Shown: positions 1 to 11,199, numbered from the stretch's first letter. The stretch: 22,885 nucleotides of DNA from an uncultured virus (IMG/VR IMGVR_UViG_2049941000_000078) (IMGVR_UViG_2049941000_000078), one strand, 5' to 3'. Numbers and translations are program-made. The notes: generated from the sequence alone by a model not told the origin.

Positions 1-1
1 A

Positions 2-205
2 ATACCAGAGCAGCACTTGGCCAACCGCGTGGCAGCATACGGAGCCACGAGCAAGCGGCAGTTCATGCTGGAGGTGCGCCAGAATGCCATCTCGCAGATC
101 ACCCCAATCAATAAAGTCTCGTTCGAGAGTACATCCTGTCAGCCCGTGAGCATAGGCCACGACTGGCGAGATGACGTTGTGAAATTAAAAATGATTGAGT
201 TATGA
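2..205 (+). CDS. C-terminal fragment of a large putative tail (tip/hub) protein
   Basis: Reads IPEQHLANRV...KLKMIEL*; start (ATACCAGAGCAGCA) overlaps the end of contig 2697-3656 (ATACCCGAGCAGCA) with a synonymous difference. Confidence 0.7.
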   Translation: MPEQHLANRVAAYGATSKRQFMLEVRQNAISQITPINKVSFESTSCQPVSIGHDWRDDVVKLKMIEL

Positions 206-399
206 AACTGAATAGAGAATTAGGACAGCGCATGTGGGGCGGCTCGGGCGGCTCAGGTTCGTCGGGCGGCGGTGGCGGTGGCGACGTGATGGGCGGAGTC
301 ACCAAGGCATGGGTGAACCAGAACTACGTGAGCATCGAATTCTTTAACCGCCTGTTTGAGACTTACGACTCGGCCACGCCAACGCCCACGCAGGTGCTG
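202..399 (+). CDS. N-terminal fragment of tail fibre protein
   Basis: ATGA overlap with the upstream stop; Gly-rich linker; TKAWVNQNY resembles the ATKAWVQQQGY repeats of the 1239-2109 fragment; ends at gap. Confidence 0.65.
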
Positions 400-417
400 N
401 NNNNNNNNNNNNNNNNN

Positions 418-1136
418 CGGACGCAGACGGGCTACCTGCGTATCGTGGACGATGGCTATGCGCTGGATGGTACCACGACATTCGATTGGAAAGACATGAT
501 ACCGCAGACCGGCACCTCGCGACCCGTCACCCTCACCCATGTGGAAGGCAATACCACCATTGTGGATTGGCAAGGATTTCTCCAGGCGCAGACCTTCAGC
601 GGTGCGCTCTATGGCAACCCGCAGGAGAGGGAGTTCCCCGTGCAGTGCGTACTGAGCAGCCTGTCGAAGTATGACATCCCCACCAACGAGACGGCCCTGC
701 GCAACTTCGCCTATCTGCTCAGGCTGTTCATCACCAGCAGCGGCATCACGGTGAACCAGATCATCGTGCAGGGTGGAGCCGACGCGCAGCAGTGGATGCT
801 CGCGATGGTGGACTGGCGCAACTTCATGAATACGGGCAAGCAGACCTATACGGCCAAGTATAAGTTCCTTGACATCCTTGAGGACATCTGCCGATTCTGG
901 GGATGGACGTGCCGCACATGGCGACAGAACATTTACCTGACCTGTGCCGACGACACCGCCGAGCAATCATACCTCACCCTGACGATGGCCAATCTCGAAA
1001 CGATGGCTGGCGGAACGGCTGCGGGTACGGTGACATCATCGATCCCATCAGTGACGCTCTCGGGCGACATCTTCGCCAGCACGCAGAACGACGACATCCA
1101 GGTGCGCGGCTACTCGAAGGCCACCGTGAAGGCCGA
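418..1136 (+). CDS. Internal fragment of the large putative tail protein (joins 2697-3656, then 2-205)
   Basis: Open frame between gaps; ends AAGGCCGA, which joins 2697 TGCAAAC in frame as K-A-D-A-N-K. Confidence 0.65.
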
Positions 1137-1238
1137 NNNNNNNNNNNNNNNNNNNNNNNNNNNNNNNNNNNNNNNNNNNNNNNNNNNNNNNNNNNNNNNN
1201 NNNNNNNNNNNNNNNNNNNNNNNNNNNNNNNNNNNNNN

Positions 1239-2109
1239 GCAGTATCTCTCGGCCCTCGGCCAAGGCACGGGCGGAGGTGGCGGCGGTGCATCGGCACTCA
1301 GCGACTTGGTGGATGTAACCATCACCTCGCCCACGCAGGGGCAGGCATTGATATATGATGGAAACGGGCATTGGGTTAACGGCTCCCTCACGCCCGACCT
1401 CTCTGCTTATGCCACCAAAGCGTGGGTGCAGCAGCAGGGGTACATCACCTCGTCGGCCCTCAACGGATATGCCACGCAGACGTGGGTGCAGCAGCAGGGA
1501 TTCATCACCGACATCAATGCCACCGTATGGGGGCAGAGCCTACGCAAGAACTCCACCGTGACGGGCAACATGAGCAGCGTGGGAGATATTCAGTGCAACG
1601 CTGGCAGCCGCATTCACGGCAACGGCGGTACGCTCTACATAGGCAACGCCAACGATGCCGACTGGGTGAAGATTTCGGATATGTGCTCGCGCCAGGGCGA
1701 CGGCTATTGGAAGGTGTATAGCAACGGCTCGGCCACCTTCGCCAACGTAATGAGTAATGGCTACGTGGTGGCACTATCGGACATCCGCCTGAAACGCGTC
1801 ATTAACCGCGTCTATCTGAAGCCCGAAGCCATCGCAATGGCGAGCATCATACGATATAAGTGGAAGGACGGCCACGACGACATGGAGCATGTGGGCGGTA
1901 TAGCCCAGGAATGGCAGGAGCTGCTGCCCGATTCTGTGGTTGAGACCGAGAGCGGACACCTCACGATGGACTATTCGGTGATAGCCTATGCCTCAGTAGT
2001 ATCACTGGCCCGCACGGTGGTGAATCAGCAGCAGAAGATTGACAAACTCGAAAAGCGACTGGCACGGCTCGAAGCCATGTTCGCCCTAAAAGATGATGAG
2101 GAGGACTAA
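1239..2109 (+). CDS. Tail fibre/spike C-terminal part with peptidase S74 intramolecular chaperone domain
   Basis: LSDIRLK autocleavage-type motif, RYKWK, GGIAQEWQELLPDSV, LTMDYS and terminal coiled coil; YATxxWV repeats upstream. Confidence 0.88.
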
Positions 2110-2112
2110 CGT

Positions 2113-2686
2113 ATGGGAGTAAGTAACGGAATCATATCGGCTCCTGTCAGCATCAGCGACATTCAGAACGCCATCGGCACAAGTGGTGGCGGTGACTTGG
2201 CTACGCTCTGCAAAAGCAATAACATCAAAATGTGGGCCAAGTGGAAGCCAGTGCCAAAGAACCTCGTAGACACCACACCACAACTAAGCGGAACATCTTG
2301 GCAGACGGACTCACAACTGAGCAACAATCCGTGGTGGAAAGGCAACGATGGCAACTATGGCCTCACGTTCCAAAGTGTAGGTATCAGTCTGGGGCAGACG
2401 GGCATGGAGACAGCACTCACCTCGCTGCTTCAGTATCTCGACGGAGACCGTAACGGATGGAGATACCTGCACCCAGGTGGTGGCAATACGTCGCCATACC
2501 GACAGCTGGACTTCCTGAAGTATAACCACAATGTCCCCAACCCCATCCGTCAGTTCTCATGCACGCCCGACGTGACTGCTGCCGAATTGTCGGAGTGGGA
2601 GGTGAGTGCATCGTATATGTCGGTGGACTTCTCCACACCCATCAGCACCCGCGACTATCTGGTGCCTACCGACATCACAGGTTACA
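2113..2686 (+). CDS. Putative virion/tail-fibre-associated protein, N-terminal part (continues in 4712-5377 and 5388-6005)
   Basis: ATG 3 nt after fibre stop; IKMWAKWKPV and PYRQLDFLKYNH motifs resemble proteins I recall next to fibres in Bacteroidota phages; overlaps the 4712 contig. Confidence 0.65.
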
Positions 2687-2696
2687 NNNNNNNNNN

Positions 2697-3656
2697 TGCA
2701 AACAAAGAGACAACAATCTTCGAGTTCGCACCTCAGTCTGTGGTTGATACGATGGAGGCCAACGGGTACACTTGGGTAGATGATGGTGATTATGGATATT
2801 TCACTACTCAGGAAATTAGTAGTTTTACCAGCAATCCACTCATAGGTAGTGCCACTGCAAATGGAGGATTCGCCCGCAGACAATTATATGGAGAAAATAA
2901 CGACGGTAATGCGACGATTGTGGATGAAATGCTGTTCAAGACGTGGGCCGACATTAATCCAAACAACTGGACTCCAGGCACACCATACATTTCGCTGCAA
3001 ACCGTATTCGAGACAGCCTTCTCAGATGGAACAGTGAAACTTACTGGAACACCATACGACGATACAGAATCAAAGGCATCGGATGGTGAAAACCGCAGCT
3101 TTTTTGCAGCCATCGGTATCGGCCATAGCAAGGCAACGGCCAAATGGCTTGACTTAGGATCATTGCCATACTACCAAGTGAATTGGAGTAGCACTAAGAA
3201 GATTGTGCGCATATCTACAGCGTGGGCTCCATCGCTCCATGTAGGATTCCTCGATCCATTCCTCGACCACTACTTCTTCCTGAAATCAGACGGATTCCCT
3301 GTGGATAGCAGTGTGAACGGCTATCTATTCATAGATATATACGGAACACTCGATCATGGCGAGAAATGCCGCATCACCACCGATGGCAAATTCCAATTGG
3401 CAAACCTCAAAGTGGAATACACTCGCGATAAACTCGTTGTGACAAGTCATGGCGAGTATAAGGTGACGCGTGAAAGGAATGATAACAAGGAATACACCGC
3501 CGAGAATCAGAACGCCAACCAGGACAAGTGGAATGCCGACTGCATCTTTGCTTCGGATAATGATATGGAGTACGGCTACGGCCTGATGCTGAAGGGCAAC
3601 GGAGAGTACCTAAAAACAGCACCCTTCGGCGGTGTGCAGGAGATACCCGAGCAGCA
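2697..3656 (+). CDS. Internal/C-proximal fragment of the large putative tail protein
   Basis: About 320 open codons; both ends join other fragments (1136 and 1); not part of the 2113 gene. Confidence 0.7.
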
Positions 3657-3666
3657 NNNNNNNNNN

Positions 3667-3750
3667 CGCAAACAAGGAGACTACCATCTTCGAGTTCGCC
3701 CCTCAGTCTGTGGTTGATACGATGGAGGCCAACGGGTACACTTGGGTAGA
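3667..3750 (+). repeat. Allelic duplicate of 2697-2780 (assembly bubble)
   Basis: Same peptide ANKETTIFEFAPQSVVDTMEANGYTWV with synonymous differences; flanked by N. Confidence 0.9.
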
Positions 3751-4711
3751 NNNNNNNNNNNNNNNNNNNNNNNNNNNNNNNNNNNNNNNNNNNNNNNNNN
3801 NNNNNNNNNNNNNNNNNNNNNNNNNNNNNNNNNNNNNNNNNNNNNNNNNNNNNNNNNNNNNNNNNNNNNNNNNNNNNNNNNNNNNNNNNNNNNNNNNNNN
3901 NNNNNNNNNNNNNNNNNNNNNNNNNNNNNNNNNNNNNNNNNNNNNNNNNNNNNNNNNNNNNNNNNNNNNNNNNNNNNNNNNNNNNNNNNNNNNNNNNNNN
4001 NNNNNNNNNNNNNNNNNNNNNNNNNNNNNNNNNNNNNNNNNNNNNNNNNNNNNNNNNNNNNNNNNNNNNNNNNNNNNNNNNNNNNNNNNNNNNNNNNNNN
4101 NNNNNNNNNNNNNNNNNNNNNNNNNNNNNNNNNNNNNNNNNNNNNNNNNNNNNNNNNNNNNNNNNNNNNNNNNNNNNNNNNNNNNNNNNNNNNNNNNNNN
4201 NNNNNNNNNNNNNNNNNNNNNNNNNNNNNNNNNNNNNNNNNNNNNNNNNNNNNNNNNNNNNNNNNNNNNNNNNNNNNNNNNNNNNNNNNNNNNNNNNNNN
4301 NNNNNNNNNNNNNNNNNNNNNNNNNNNNNNNNNNNNNNNNNNNNNNNNNNNNNNNNNNNNNNNNNNNNNNNNNNNNNNNNNNNNNNNNNNNNNNNNNNNN
4401 NNNNNNNNNNNNNNNNNNNNNNNNNNNNNNNNNNNNNNNNNNNNNNNNNNNNNNNNNNNNNNNNNNNNNNNNNNNNNNNNNNNNNNNNNNNNNNNNNNNN
4501 NNNNNNNNNNNNNNNNNNNNNNNNNNNNNNNNNNNNNNNNNNNNNNNNNNNNNNNNNNNNNNNNNNNNNNNNNNNNNNNNNNNNNNNNNNNNNNNNNNNN
4601 NNNNNNNNNNNNNNNNNNNNNNNNNNNNNNNNNNNNNNNNNNNNNNNNNNNNNNNNNNNNNNNNNNNNNNNNNNNNNNNNNNNNNNNNNNNNNNNNNNNN
4701 NNNNNNNNNNN

Positions 4712-5377
4712 ATGGTGGAAAGGCAACGATGGCAACTATGGCCTCACGTTCCAGAGTGTAGGTATCAGTCTGGGGCAGACGGGCATGGAGACGGCCCTTA
4801 CCTCGCTGCTTCAGTATCTCGACGGAGACCGCAACGGATGGAGATACTTGCACCCAGGTGGTGGCAATACGTCGCCATACCGACAGCTGGACTTCCTGAA
4901 ATATAACCACAATGCGCCCAACCCCATCCGTCAGTTCTCTTGCACGCCCGACGTGACTGCTGCCGAATTGTCGGAGTGGGAGGTGAGCGCATCGTATATG
5001 TCGGTGGACTTCTCGATACCCATCAGCACCCGCGACTATCTGGTGCCTACCGACATCACAGGTTACACCCTCTATCCAGGCATAGTCATCTTTAAAAAGA
5101 GTGGCAACACCTACGTGCCCATTGCCTGGTGTACTGGCAACGCATGGAGGGGCAAGGGCATTAAGAGCGCATCATATACCGACGGCATCGACGGACGTGG
5201 CGACACCGAGGTGCACACCATCTTCTCGAGCGAGCACCGATACTACATGATACCCGTGTACTTCACCTGCCAATTGCCGCAGTCTGGGCCAGGCTATTCA
5301 GCCCTGCCAACGGTTGGCAATCAGAAGGTGATCCCCGTGCCGTATGTGGACTTCGACTACTTCGACTGCACACAGGC
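4712..5377 (+). CDS. Middle part (second allele) of the protein starting at 2113
   Basis: Near-identical to ~2331-2686 (NVPNP/NAPNP, FSTPI/FSIPI), then extends beyond it. Confidence 0.75.
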
Positions 5378-5387
5378 NNNNNNNNNN

Positions 5388-6005
5388 CAAAAAGAGCGGC
5401 AATACTTACACACCGATAGCATGGTGCACGGGCAACGCATGGCGCGGAAAAGGCATCAAGAGCGCATCATATACCGACGGCATCGACGGGCGTGGCGACA
5501 CCGAGGTGCACACCATCTTTTCGAGCGAGCACCGATACTACATGATACCCGTGTACTTTACCTGCCAATTGCCGCAGTCGGGGCCAGGCTATTCAGCCCT
5601 GCCAACGGTTGGCAATCAGAAAGTGATCCCCGTGCCGTATGTGGACTTCGACTACTTCGACTGCACACAGGCTGCCACCTCGCAGCGGTACGGCTACCCA
5701 GACATATCGAACAGCACCGTGCGCTCAGGTGCTGGAGCCACGCTCGGCATGTATGCATCGAACTTCACGCTCGACAGCCGCGACTCGTACTATTTGGGCG
5801 GTTCTGGCGTTATGCAAGTGCTCGTTGTCAACTCTACATGGGACGGCACATGGACTCCATCATCGTCGCAGTGCGCATTCAATCAGACGTATAACTTCAC
5901 CATCGGTTCGTCGGAGATCATCACCGTGGGTTCATGTAACCTGACGCTCGACCTGACGAAGCAGGGATGGAAGGTGGTGATGAATGTGGCCGGCTCAGTG
6001 GTAGA
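5388..6005 (+). CDS. C-proximal part (allelic overlap) of the protein starting at 2113
   Basis: KKSGNTY...YFDCTQ duplicates ~5093-5377, then continues to gap. Confidence 0.75.
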
Positions 6006-6015
6006 NNNNNNNNNN

Positions 6016-6478
6016 ATGGCTGAAAATGAAGGCCAAAGCCGAGGCAGACCAAGCCGCTGCGGAAGCCAAGCAGAAGGAGGCCGAAGCCAAAGCTGCTGAG
6101 ATAGAAATGGCGCAGAAGGTGCAGGACACCTATCAGGAGATGCTCGAGGACAAGAACAAGGAGGTGGAAGACAACCACCGCTTGATAGCTGAGTTGCGCG
6201 AAGACCGCGACCACTATAAGAAGGGCTACGTGGAGATGCGCGACGAGGTGGAGAAACTGAGCAAAGACTTCTACGACTTTAAGCAGAGCACCATCAAGGA
6301 GCGGGAGAAGATGAAGAGCGACATAGCCAGGAACACCCGCATCGCTGAGTCATCGCGCCCTTTTATGTGCGGCCTGGCTCCAGACTGCGCCAAGTGCGTC
6401 CCAGTTATAATATCTGACGAAGGAACGGTTAAGCCAAACGAGGAGAAACATGAAATAGAACCAAATAACGAAGATTGA
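6016..6478 (+). CDS. Coiled-coil protein directly upstream of endolysin (5'-truncated; possible lysis accessory)
   Basis: K/E/A-rich helical sequence with CGLAPDCAKC motif; stop 1 nt before lysozyme ATG; N-terminus lost in gap. Confidence 0.6.
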
Positions 6479-6479
6479 T

Positions 6480-7123
6480 ATGAAAGCAAGCCAGAGATTG
6501 ATTGACGCGATAAAGAAGTTCGAGGGCTGCGTGCTCACGGCCTATCAGGACACCGCAGGTGTGTGGACCATAGGCTACGGCCACACCAACGGGGTAAAGA
6601 AGGGCGACAAGATCACCGCCTACCAAGCCGAGCAGTTCCTGAAGGAGGACTTGGCCAAGTTTGAGCCCATCGCTAACAAAGTGAAACGCATAGGCGGGAG
6701 CCAGGGCAAGTTCGATGCCGTGCTCGACTTTATCTACAACTGCGGACCAGCGAACTTCGAGAAGTCCACGCTGAAGACATACATCGAGGTAGGCAAAGCT
6801 TATGAACACGGGCAAGCAGNNNNNNNNNNATTAGCAAGGTGTCAGAAACGGCAAAAGGTACAGTCATTCCATTATTCCAAGGAATCACCAGCGCAGCCGC
6901 GCAATCTCTACCAGTAGTCGGGAATTTGGCAAAGCTCATCAATATTATCAGAGGATTTTCCGGAGGAAGCGACTCTGGCGATATGGGCGCAAGTGTTGGC
7001 GCACTCGGACTGCCTGACGCAACCCTNNNNNNNNNNTTCCTGCGCTGGGTCAATGCCGGTGGTCGCAAACTGGGTGGACTCGTATCGAGGCGCATCTGGG
7101 AGGCCGCACGCTTCAATGATTAA
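6480..7123 (+). CDS. Endolysin, GH24 phage lysozyme (split: 6480-~6800 and 7037-7123)
   Basis: FEG-x-AYQD-x-GVWTIGYGHT (E-x8-D-x5-T triad), FDAVLDFIYNCG, and C-terminal FLRWVNAGGRKLGGLVSRRIWEA. Confidence 0.93.
6830..7026 (+). repeat. Misplaced allelic copy of tape-measure segment ~9625-9821
   Basis: Near-identical DNA and peptide (VIPLFQGIT...ASVGALGLPDAT); bounded by 10-N gaps. Confidence 0.9.
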
Positions 7124-7239
7124 AGATTTTAACTGTTGTTTTGATGATACCCAGCCGAGAGGCTCGGACAGATTGTTTCATAATAAATAATTATTGTTGA
7201 TAATAGACATTATTGTTTTAGTTTGTGACAAGTAATGAC

Positions 7240-7263
7240 AGGCTCGCAGCGGCGAGCCTTTTT
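7240..7263 (+). terminator. Intrinsic terminator after lysozyme
   Basis: AGGCTCGC-agcg-GCGAGCCT stem followed by T-run. Confidence 0.8.
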
Positions 7264-7306
7264 CGTTTGTAAACCCCGAACGCAAAAACACACAAANNNN
7301 NNNNNN

Positions 7307-7645
7307 ACGCTCCATCCCAAGGAGGCGAGCCTTGCAGCAGAACTGTTGCTCGAGGGTGTGTGCGAGAAGATCAAGCAGGGCATCATCGTAGACCTCGGCC
7401 CGCTGGGAGTGCTCTATCCAGCCGTCAGCTCGAAGTGGGAGCAGAATGCCGACGACCTGAGCCTGAGCGACATGCAGCCCAAGGTGAACTACGCTGCCAG
7501 CACGGGCATCCTCGCAGCCGTGAAGGGCGCACAGCTCTCATGGGCCAACGAGGAGGAGGAAAAGAAGCCCACCACCGACGAGCAGGCTGGCGACACCACC
7601 ACCGACCCGCAGAACGGCGGCAGTCATGGCGAGCTGGAGCCATAA
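7307..7645 (+). CDS. Bacteroidota-type HU-like DNA-binding protein (5'-truncated)
   Basis: Helix, then IKQGIIVDLGPLGVLYPAVSS (HU beta-arm pattern), KVNY, and an acidic/Gly low-complexity tail. Confidence 0.72.
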   Translation, partial: TLHPKEASLAAELLLEGVCEKIKQGIIVDLGPLGVLYPAVSSKWEQNADDLSLSDMQPKVNYAASTGILAAVKGAQLSWANEEEEKKPTTDEQAGDTTTDPQNGGSHGELEP

Positions 7646-7729
7646 AAGTAAGGCTGAACTGTTGTTCTATTATATGAACTTGTACTTGACTTTGGCCAGG
7701 CCGGTTCCCGCAGCGATGCNNNNNNNNNN

Positions 7730-8124
7730 TCGAAGAGCGCATCAAGCAGTTTGGTGAGGCATCGACGAAGAACCCCGAAATGCGTAGGCGCATTAACGAG
7801 GTGATCCGTCAGATGATGAAAGAAGTGCGCAAGAATCTACAGAGTAATGCTCAGAGCGGACTCCAGATGAAGGAAGACCCGCGAAAGGCTTACAAGGCCA
7901 TCAAGATGGCTGTGTACCGCCGTATCTTTGGCGGTAATGTGAGCATACTGAGTCCGCGACGTGCCGGCACACTGCGGCTGTACGAACCACCTCGCCATCC
8001 ATCGCACCGAGGTGGTAACAGAATAAAGCGGCCGAAAGGTGGCAGAACTGAGACAATGATGAGCTATCAGGGTGGCGACCGCTGGATGATACTCCAGTGG
8101 CTGAACGCTGGAACGAAAGCACGA
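7730..8124 (+). CDS. HK97 gp10-like neck/tail-completion protein, paralog 1 (partial)
   Basis: Basic protein with SYQGGDRWMILQWLNAGT motif; frame open from gap to gap; tail-module position. Confidence 0.55.
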
Positions 8125-8134
8125 NNNNNNNNNN

Positions 8135-8485
8135 CGCATCACCAACCGCAAGCGCATGGTACCACCGCCATCTGGTGGTCAGAGTGGCATCCGTCGCCCT
8201 CGTAGCATGAAACCAAGAACGAGAGAATATCAGGAATACTATGGCCCCGATCGTTCATTTATTCTCCGCATATTGGAGAGTGGTCGCGATGTGTACTATG
8301 CCAGATCAGAAGGACCAACAGGAAAAGGATCAAAGGCCACCTATGGACGACGCGGCGCAATGGCACCTCACCCCTGGTTCTTCCACTCTATGCGAAGCGA
8401 TATGGAACAGGCAGCCAAGCAACTGGGACAGACACTGACAGGAGCCGTGGAGAAATGGATAGAGCAGCAATTTAAAGACGAATAA
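8135..8485 (+). CDS. HK97 gp10-like neck/tail-completion protein, paralog 2 (5'-truncated)
   Basis: EYYGPDRSFILRILESG...RGAMAPHPWF and terminal amphipathic helix, resembling the gp10 'E.GT..M.A.PF' pattern. Confidence 0.6.
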   Translation, partial: RITNRKRMVPPPSGGQSGIRRPRSMKPRTREYQEYYGPDRSFILRILESGRDVYYARSEGPTGKGSKATYGRRGAMAPHPWFFHSMRSDMEQAAKQLGQTLTGAVEKWIEQQFKDE

Positions 8486-8496
8486 TAAAAAGAGAT

Positions 8497-10713
8497 ATGG
8501 CAAATCAATCAGTTCTTGAACTCGCGGTCGGCACAGGTAAATGGGATGCCGGACTAAAGAAGGCGAAGCAATCACTCGATAACTTCACCCAGGCGAATGG
8601 CGGACTCCAGCAGGCTCTCGACAAGGAGAGCCAGAAGATGAGTCAGTTCGTGCAGATGATGGGTAAGATGGACTCTACGGCGAAGACCGCCAAGGGTCAG
8701 ATGAACGACTATAAGAGTACCATCGAGCAACTGACCATGCAGTACAACCGCATGACGGATGCCCAGAAGCAAAGTATCGGCCAAGACTACCTGAACGCCA
8801 TCGACCAGATGAAGCAGAAGTATCAGGCTGTCAACGAGGAGATTCAGGAAATGAACCGATCGCTGAATCAGACCACCACACCCGACGCCAACAGCGGTGG
8901 TGATGGATTGTTCGGTGGTGGTAAACTTGGAGGTATGCTTCAGGTGTTTGGCGGTAACCTGATGACAAAGGCCGCTGATGCCGCAATGAGTTTTGCTGGT
9001 GGTATCGCCGAGTGCGCCAAACAAGGCATAGAATTGGCCAAGCAGGGAGAGGGCGTTTATTTGGCGTTCCAGCGGCTGAATCAACCAGGACTGCTCGACA
9101 ATCTGCGCCAAGCCACACACGGCACAGTGACCAATCTGGAACTGATGAAGGCTGCTGTGAAGTTCAACGACTTCAAACTGCCGCTCGAGGAGCTTGGTAC
9201 CATGTTGGCCTTCGCACAACAGAAAGCCAAGGACACCGGCCAGAGCGTGGACTACATGGTAGACTCCATTGTGACTGGATTGGGCCGTAAGTCATTGATG
9301 ATCCTCGACAACCTTGGACTATCAGCAGCAGAAATCAAGGAGCGCATGGCAGAGACGGGTGACATGACCAAGGCTGTTGGTGAAATCATCCGTGATCAGA
9401 TGCAGAACGCTGGTGACTACGTAGAGACTGCTGCCGACAGAGCAACGAGCGCAAACGTGGAACTCACTAACGCCATGACCGAACTTGGTAATACCCTACT
9501 GCCATTGCAAGAGGCTGGCGAGAGTGTGTTCACTGGCATTCAGATTGCAGCCCTTCAGCTGCTAAACGATGGTGTCAAGCCTATGGTGCCGGTATTGGTT
9601 GACATACGCAATGCGGTTTCAGATATTAGCAAGGTGTCAGGAACGGCAAAAAGCACTGTCATTCCATTATTCCAAGGTATCACGGGAGCAGCCGCAGAAT
9701 CTCTTCCCGTAGTTGGTAAATTGGCAATGCTCATCAATATTATCAGAGGATTTTCCGGAGGAAGCGGCTCTGGCGATATGGGCGCAAGTGTTGGCGCACT
9801 CGGACTGCCTGACGCTACCATCAAAGAAATACCAGAGATTCAGGTGTTTGGCAATAAGCCGAAGAAAAAACCAAGAGGNNNNNNNNNNNNNNNNNNNNNN
9901 NNNNNNNNNNNNNNNNNNNNNNNNNNNNNNNNNNNNNNNNNNNNNNNNNNNNNNNNNNNNNNNNNNNNNNNNNNNNNNNNNNNNNNNNNNNNNNNNNNNN
10001 NNNNNNNNNNNNCAGGCGAAGGTGAAAAGTTTGATCCAGATCGTAACTGGGTCAGCGGTTTTGCCCTGATGACAGAGGAAGCAAAGAAGCAAATGCTCGG
10101 ACTGAACGACGCAGTGGAAGACCTTGGCGATAGTTTGGCAAAGATAGGCGAGAAAGCTGTACTTCAGGAAGTAAACGATGCCATCGCCAAGCAGAAGGAG
10201 GCTGTGGAAAAAACCAAGAAGGCATGGAGTGATACGGGGCAGGCCATCGGAATGGTTGGCAATATGATGGGCAGTATCAAAAACCCAGCAGCACAGACGG
10301 CTGGTGCCGTGGCTCAGGCCATCGCCAACATTGCACTGGCATACTCTCAGGCTCTCAGCGATGATGGAACCATCAAGAGCAACATCTGGTACTTCATCGC
10401 AGCATCAGCTGCCGCTATGGTATCAATGGCCACAACCATCAGCCAAATTCATTCGGCAACCGGCTATGCCGAAGGTGGTATCGTGAAGGGAGACTCATAT
10501 TCAGGCGACAACCTGTACGGCCCTGGATTCGGAATAAACGCCGGCGAACTGGTGCTCTCGGTGGCGCAACAGAATGCGCTGGCCAACACGCTGACGCGAC
10601 AGAGCGAGGGCGGCGGCATGATGCAGGCCAGAGTATCAGGAGAGAACATCTATCTCGCGTTGAACAACTACCTGAAGCGCACAGGCCAGGGGGAACTTTT
10701 AACATGGGGATAA
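8497..10713 (+). CDS. Tail tape measure protein (internal gap 9879-10012)
   Basis: Long Ala/Gln/Met-rich helical protein; VTGLGRKSLMILDNLGLS; C-terminal GYAEGGIV...INAGELVLS. Confidence 0.9.
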   Translation: MANQSVLELAVGTGKWDAGLKKAKQSLDNFTQANGGLQQALDKESQKMSQFVQMMGKMDSTAKTAKGQMNDYKSTIEQLTMQYNRMTDAQKQSIGQDYLNAIDQMKQKYQAVNEEIQEMNRSLNQTTTPDANSGGDGLFGGGKLGGMLQVFGGNLMTKAADAAMSFAGGIAECAKQGIELAKQGEGVYLAFQRLNQPGLLDNLRQATHGTVTNLELMKAAVKFNDFKLPLEELGTMLAFAQQKAKDTGQSVDYMVDSIVTGLGRKSLMILDNLGLSAAEIKERMAETGDMTKAVGEIIRDQMQNAGDYVETAADRATSANVELTNAMTELGNTLLPLQEAGESVFTGIQIAALQLLNDGVKPMVPVLVDIRNAVSDISKVSGTAKSTVIPLFQGITGAAAESLPVVGKLAMLINIIRGFSGGSGSGDMGASVGALGLPDATIKEIPEIQVFGNKPKKKPRXXXXXXXXXXXXXXXXXXXXXXXXXXXXXXXXXXXXXXXXXXXXXXGEGEKFDPDRNWVSGFALMTEEAKKQMLGLNDAVEDLGDSLAKIGEKAVLQEVNDAIAKQKEAVEKTKKAWSDTGQAIGMVGNMMGSIKNPAAQTAGAVAQAIANIALAYSQALSDDGTIKSNIWYFIAASAAAMVSMATTISQIHSATGYAEGGIVKGDSYSGDNLYGPGFGINAGELVLSVAQQNALANTLTRQSEGGGMMQARVSGENIYLALNNYLKRTGQGELLTWG

Positions 10714-10732
10714 ACATTTAACACTGAAGATT

Positions 10733-11122
10733 ATGGCACAAAATGGTAACAACATCATAGTCTATACATCGACGAACAACGGAACAAGTTGGACGGCGAT
10801 GGGGGCCACCAAGAGCGACAAACTGCAAGTGAGTGGCGAGACGATAGAAATCAGCAGCGCGACGGATGCCGACTGGCAGCACATTATCAGCGGAAGGAAA
10901 TCGTGGAGTCTGAACGTGAGTTGGCTGGTGACGCAGGTGGCCGACGTGAGGAAGGTGCTACAGGTGGGCACGCGAGTGAAGGTGCGCATCGGTGCCAGAA
11001 CGTACTCAGGATCGAGTGGCGTGGAAGGCTTTGCCATCATCACACAAAATGAACTGGCCTTCACACGCGGAAGCCTCGCCACAGGCTCCTTGCAGATGCG
11101 TGGTGACGGACCGCTGACCTGA
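10733..11122 (+). CDS. Tail tube (major tail)-like protein
   Basis: ETIEISS-x-WQHIISGRKSWSLNV and terminal SLQMRGDGPLT, typical of siphophage tail-tube folds. Confidence 0.78.
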   Translation: MAQNGNNIIVYTSTNNGTSWTAMGATKSDKLQVSGETIEISSATDADWQHIISGRKSWSLNVSWLVTQVADVRKVLQVGTRVKVRIGARTYSGSSGVEGFAIITQNELAFTRGSLATGSLQMRGDGPLT

Positions 11123-11199
11123 CACACAATCTATGCATTTCGATATTATTATGGTTTAAAGGTTTATTTTTGTGTTTTTATTAGTAGTTAGTACTGATA

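Noticed and set aside
202..3717. 635-aa and 534-aa ORFs as single proteins
   Set aside because: Each is a chimera of mis-ordered contigs, as shown by in-frame joins elsewhere
2331..5670. Near-identical duplicates as additional TR/VR pairs
   Set aside because: Differences are mostly synonymous third-position changes, not adenine-specific
6802..6819. 17/18-nt match to 826-843 at the end of the lysozyme fragment
   Set aside because: Contig-tip chimera, not a biological repeat
6820..7036. Apparent insertion or intron in the lysozyme gene
   Set aside because: It is a gap-bounded allelic tape-measure fragment
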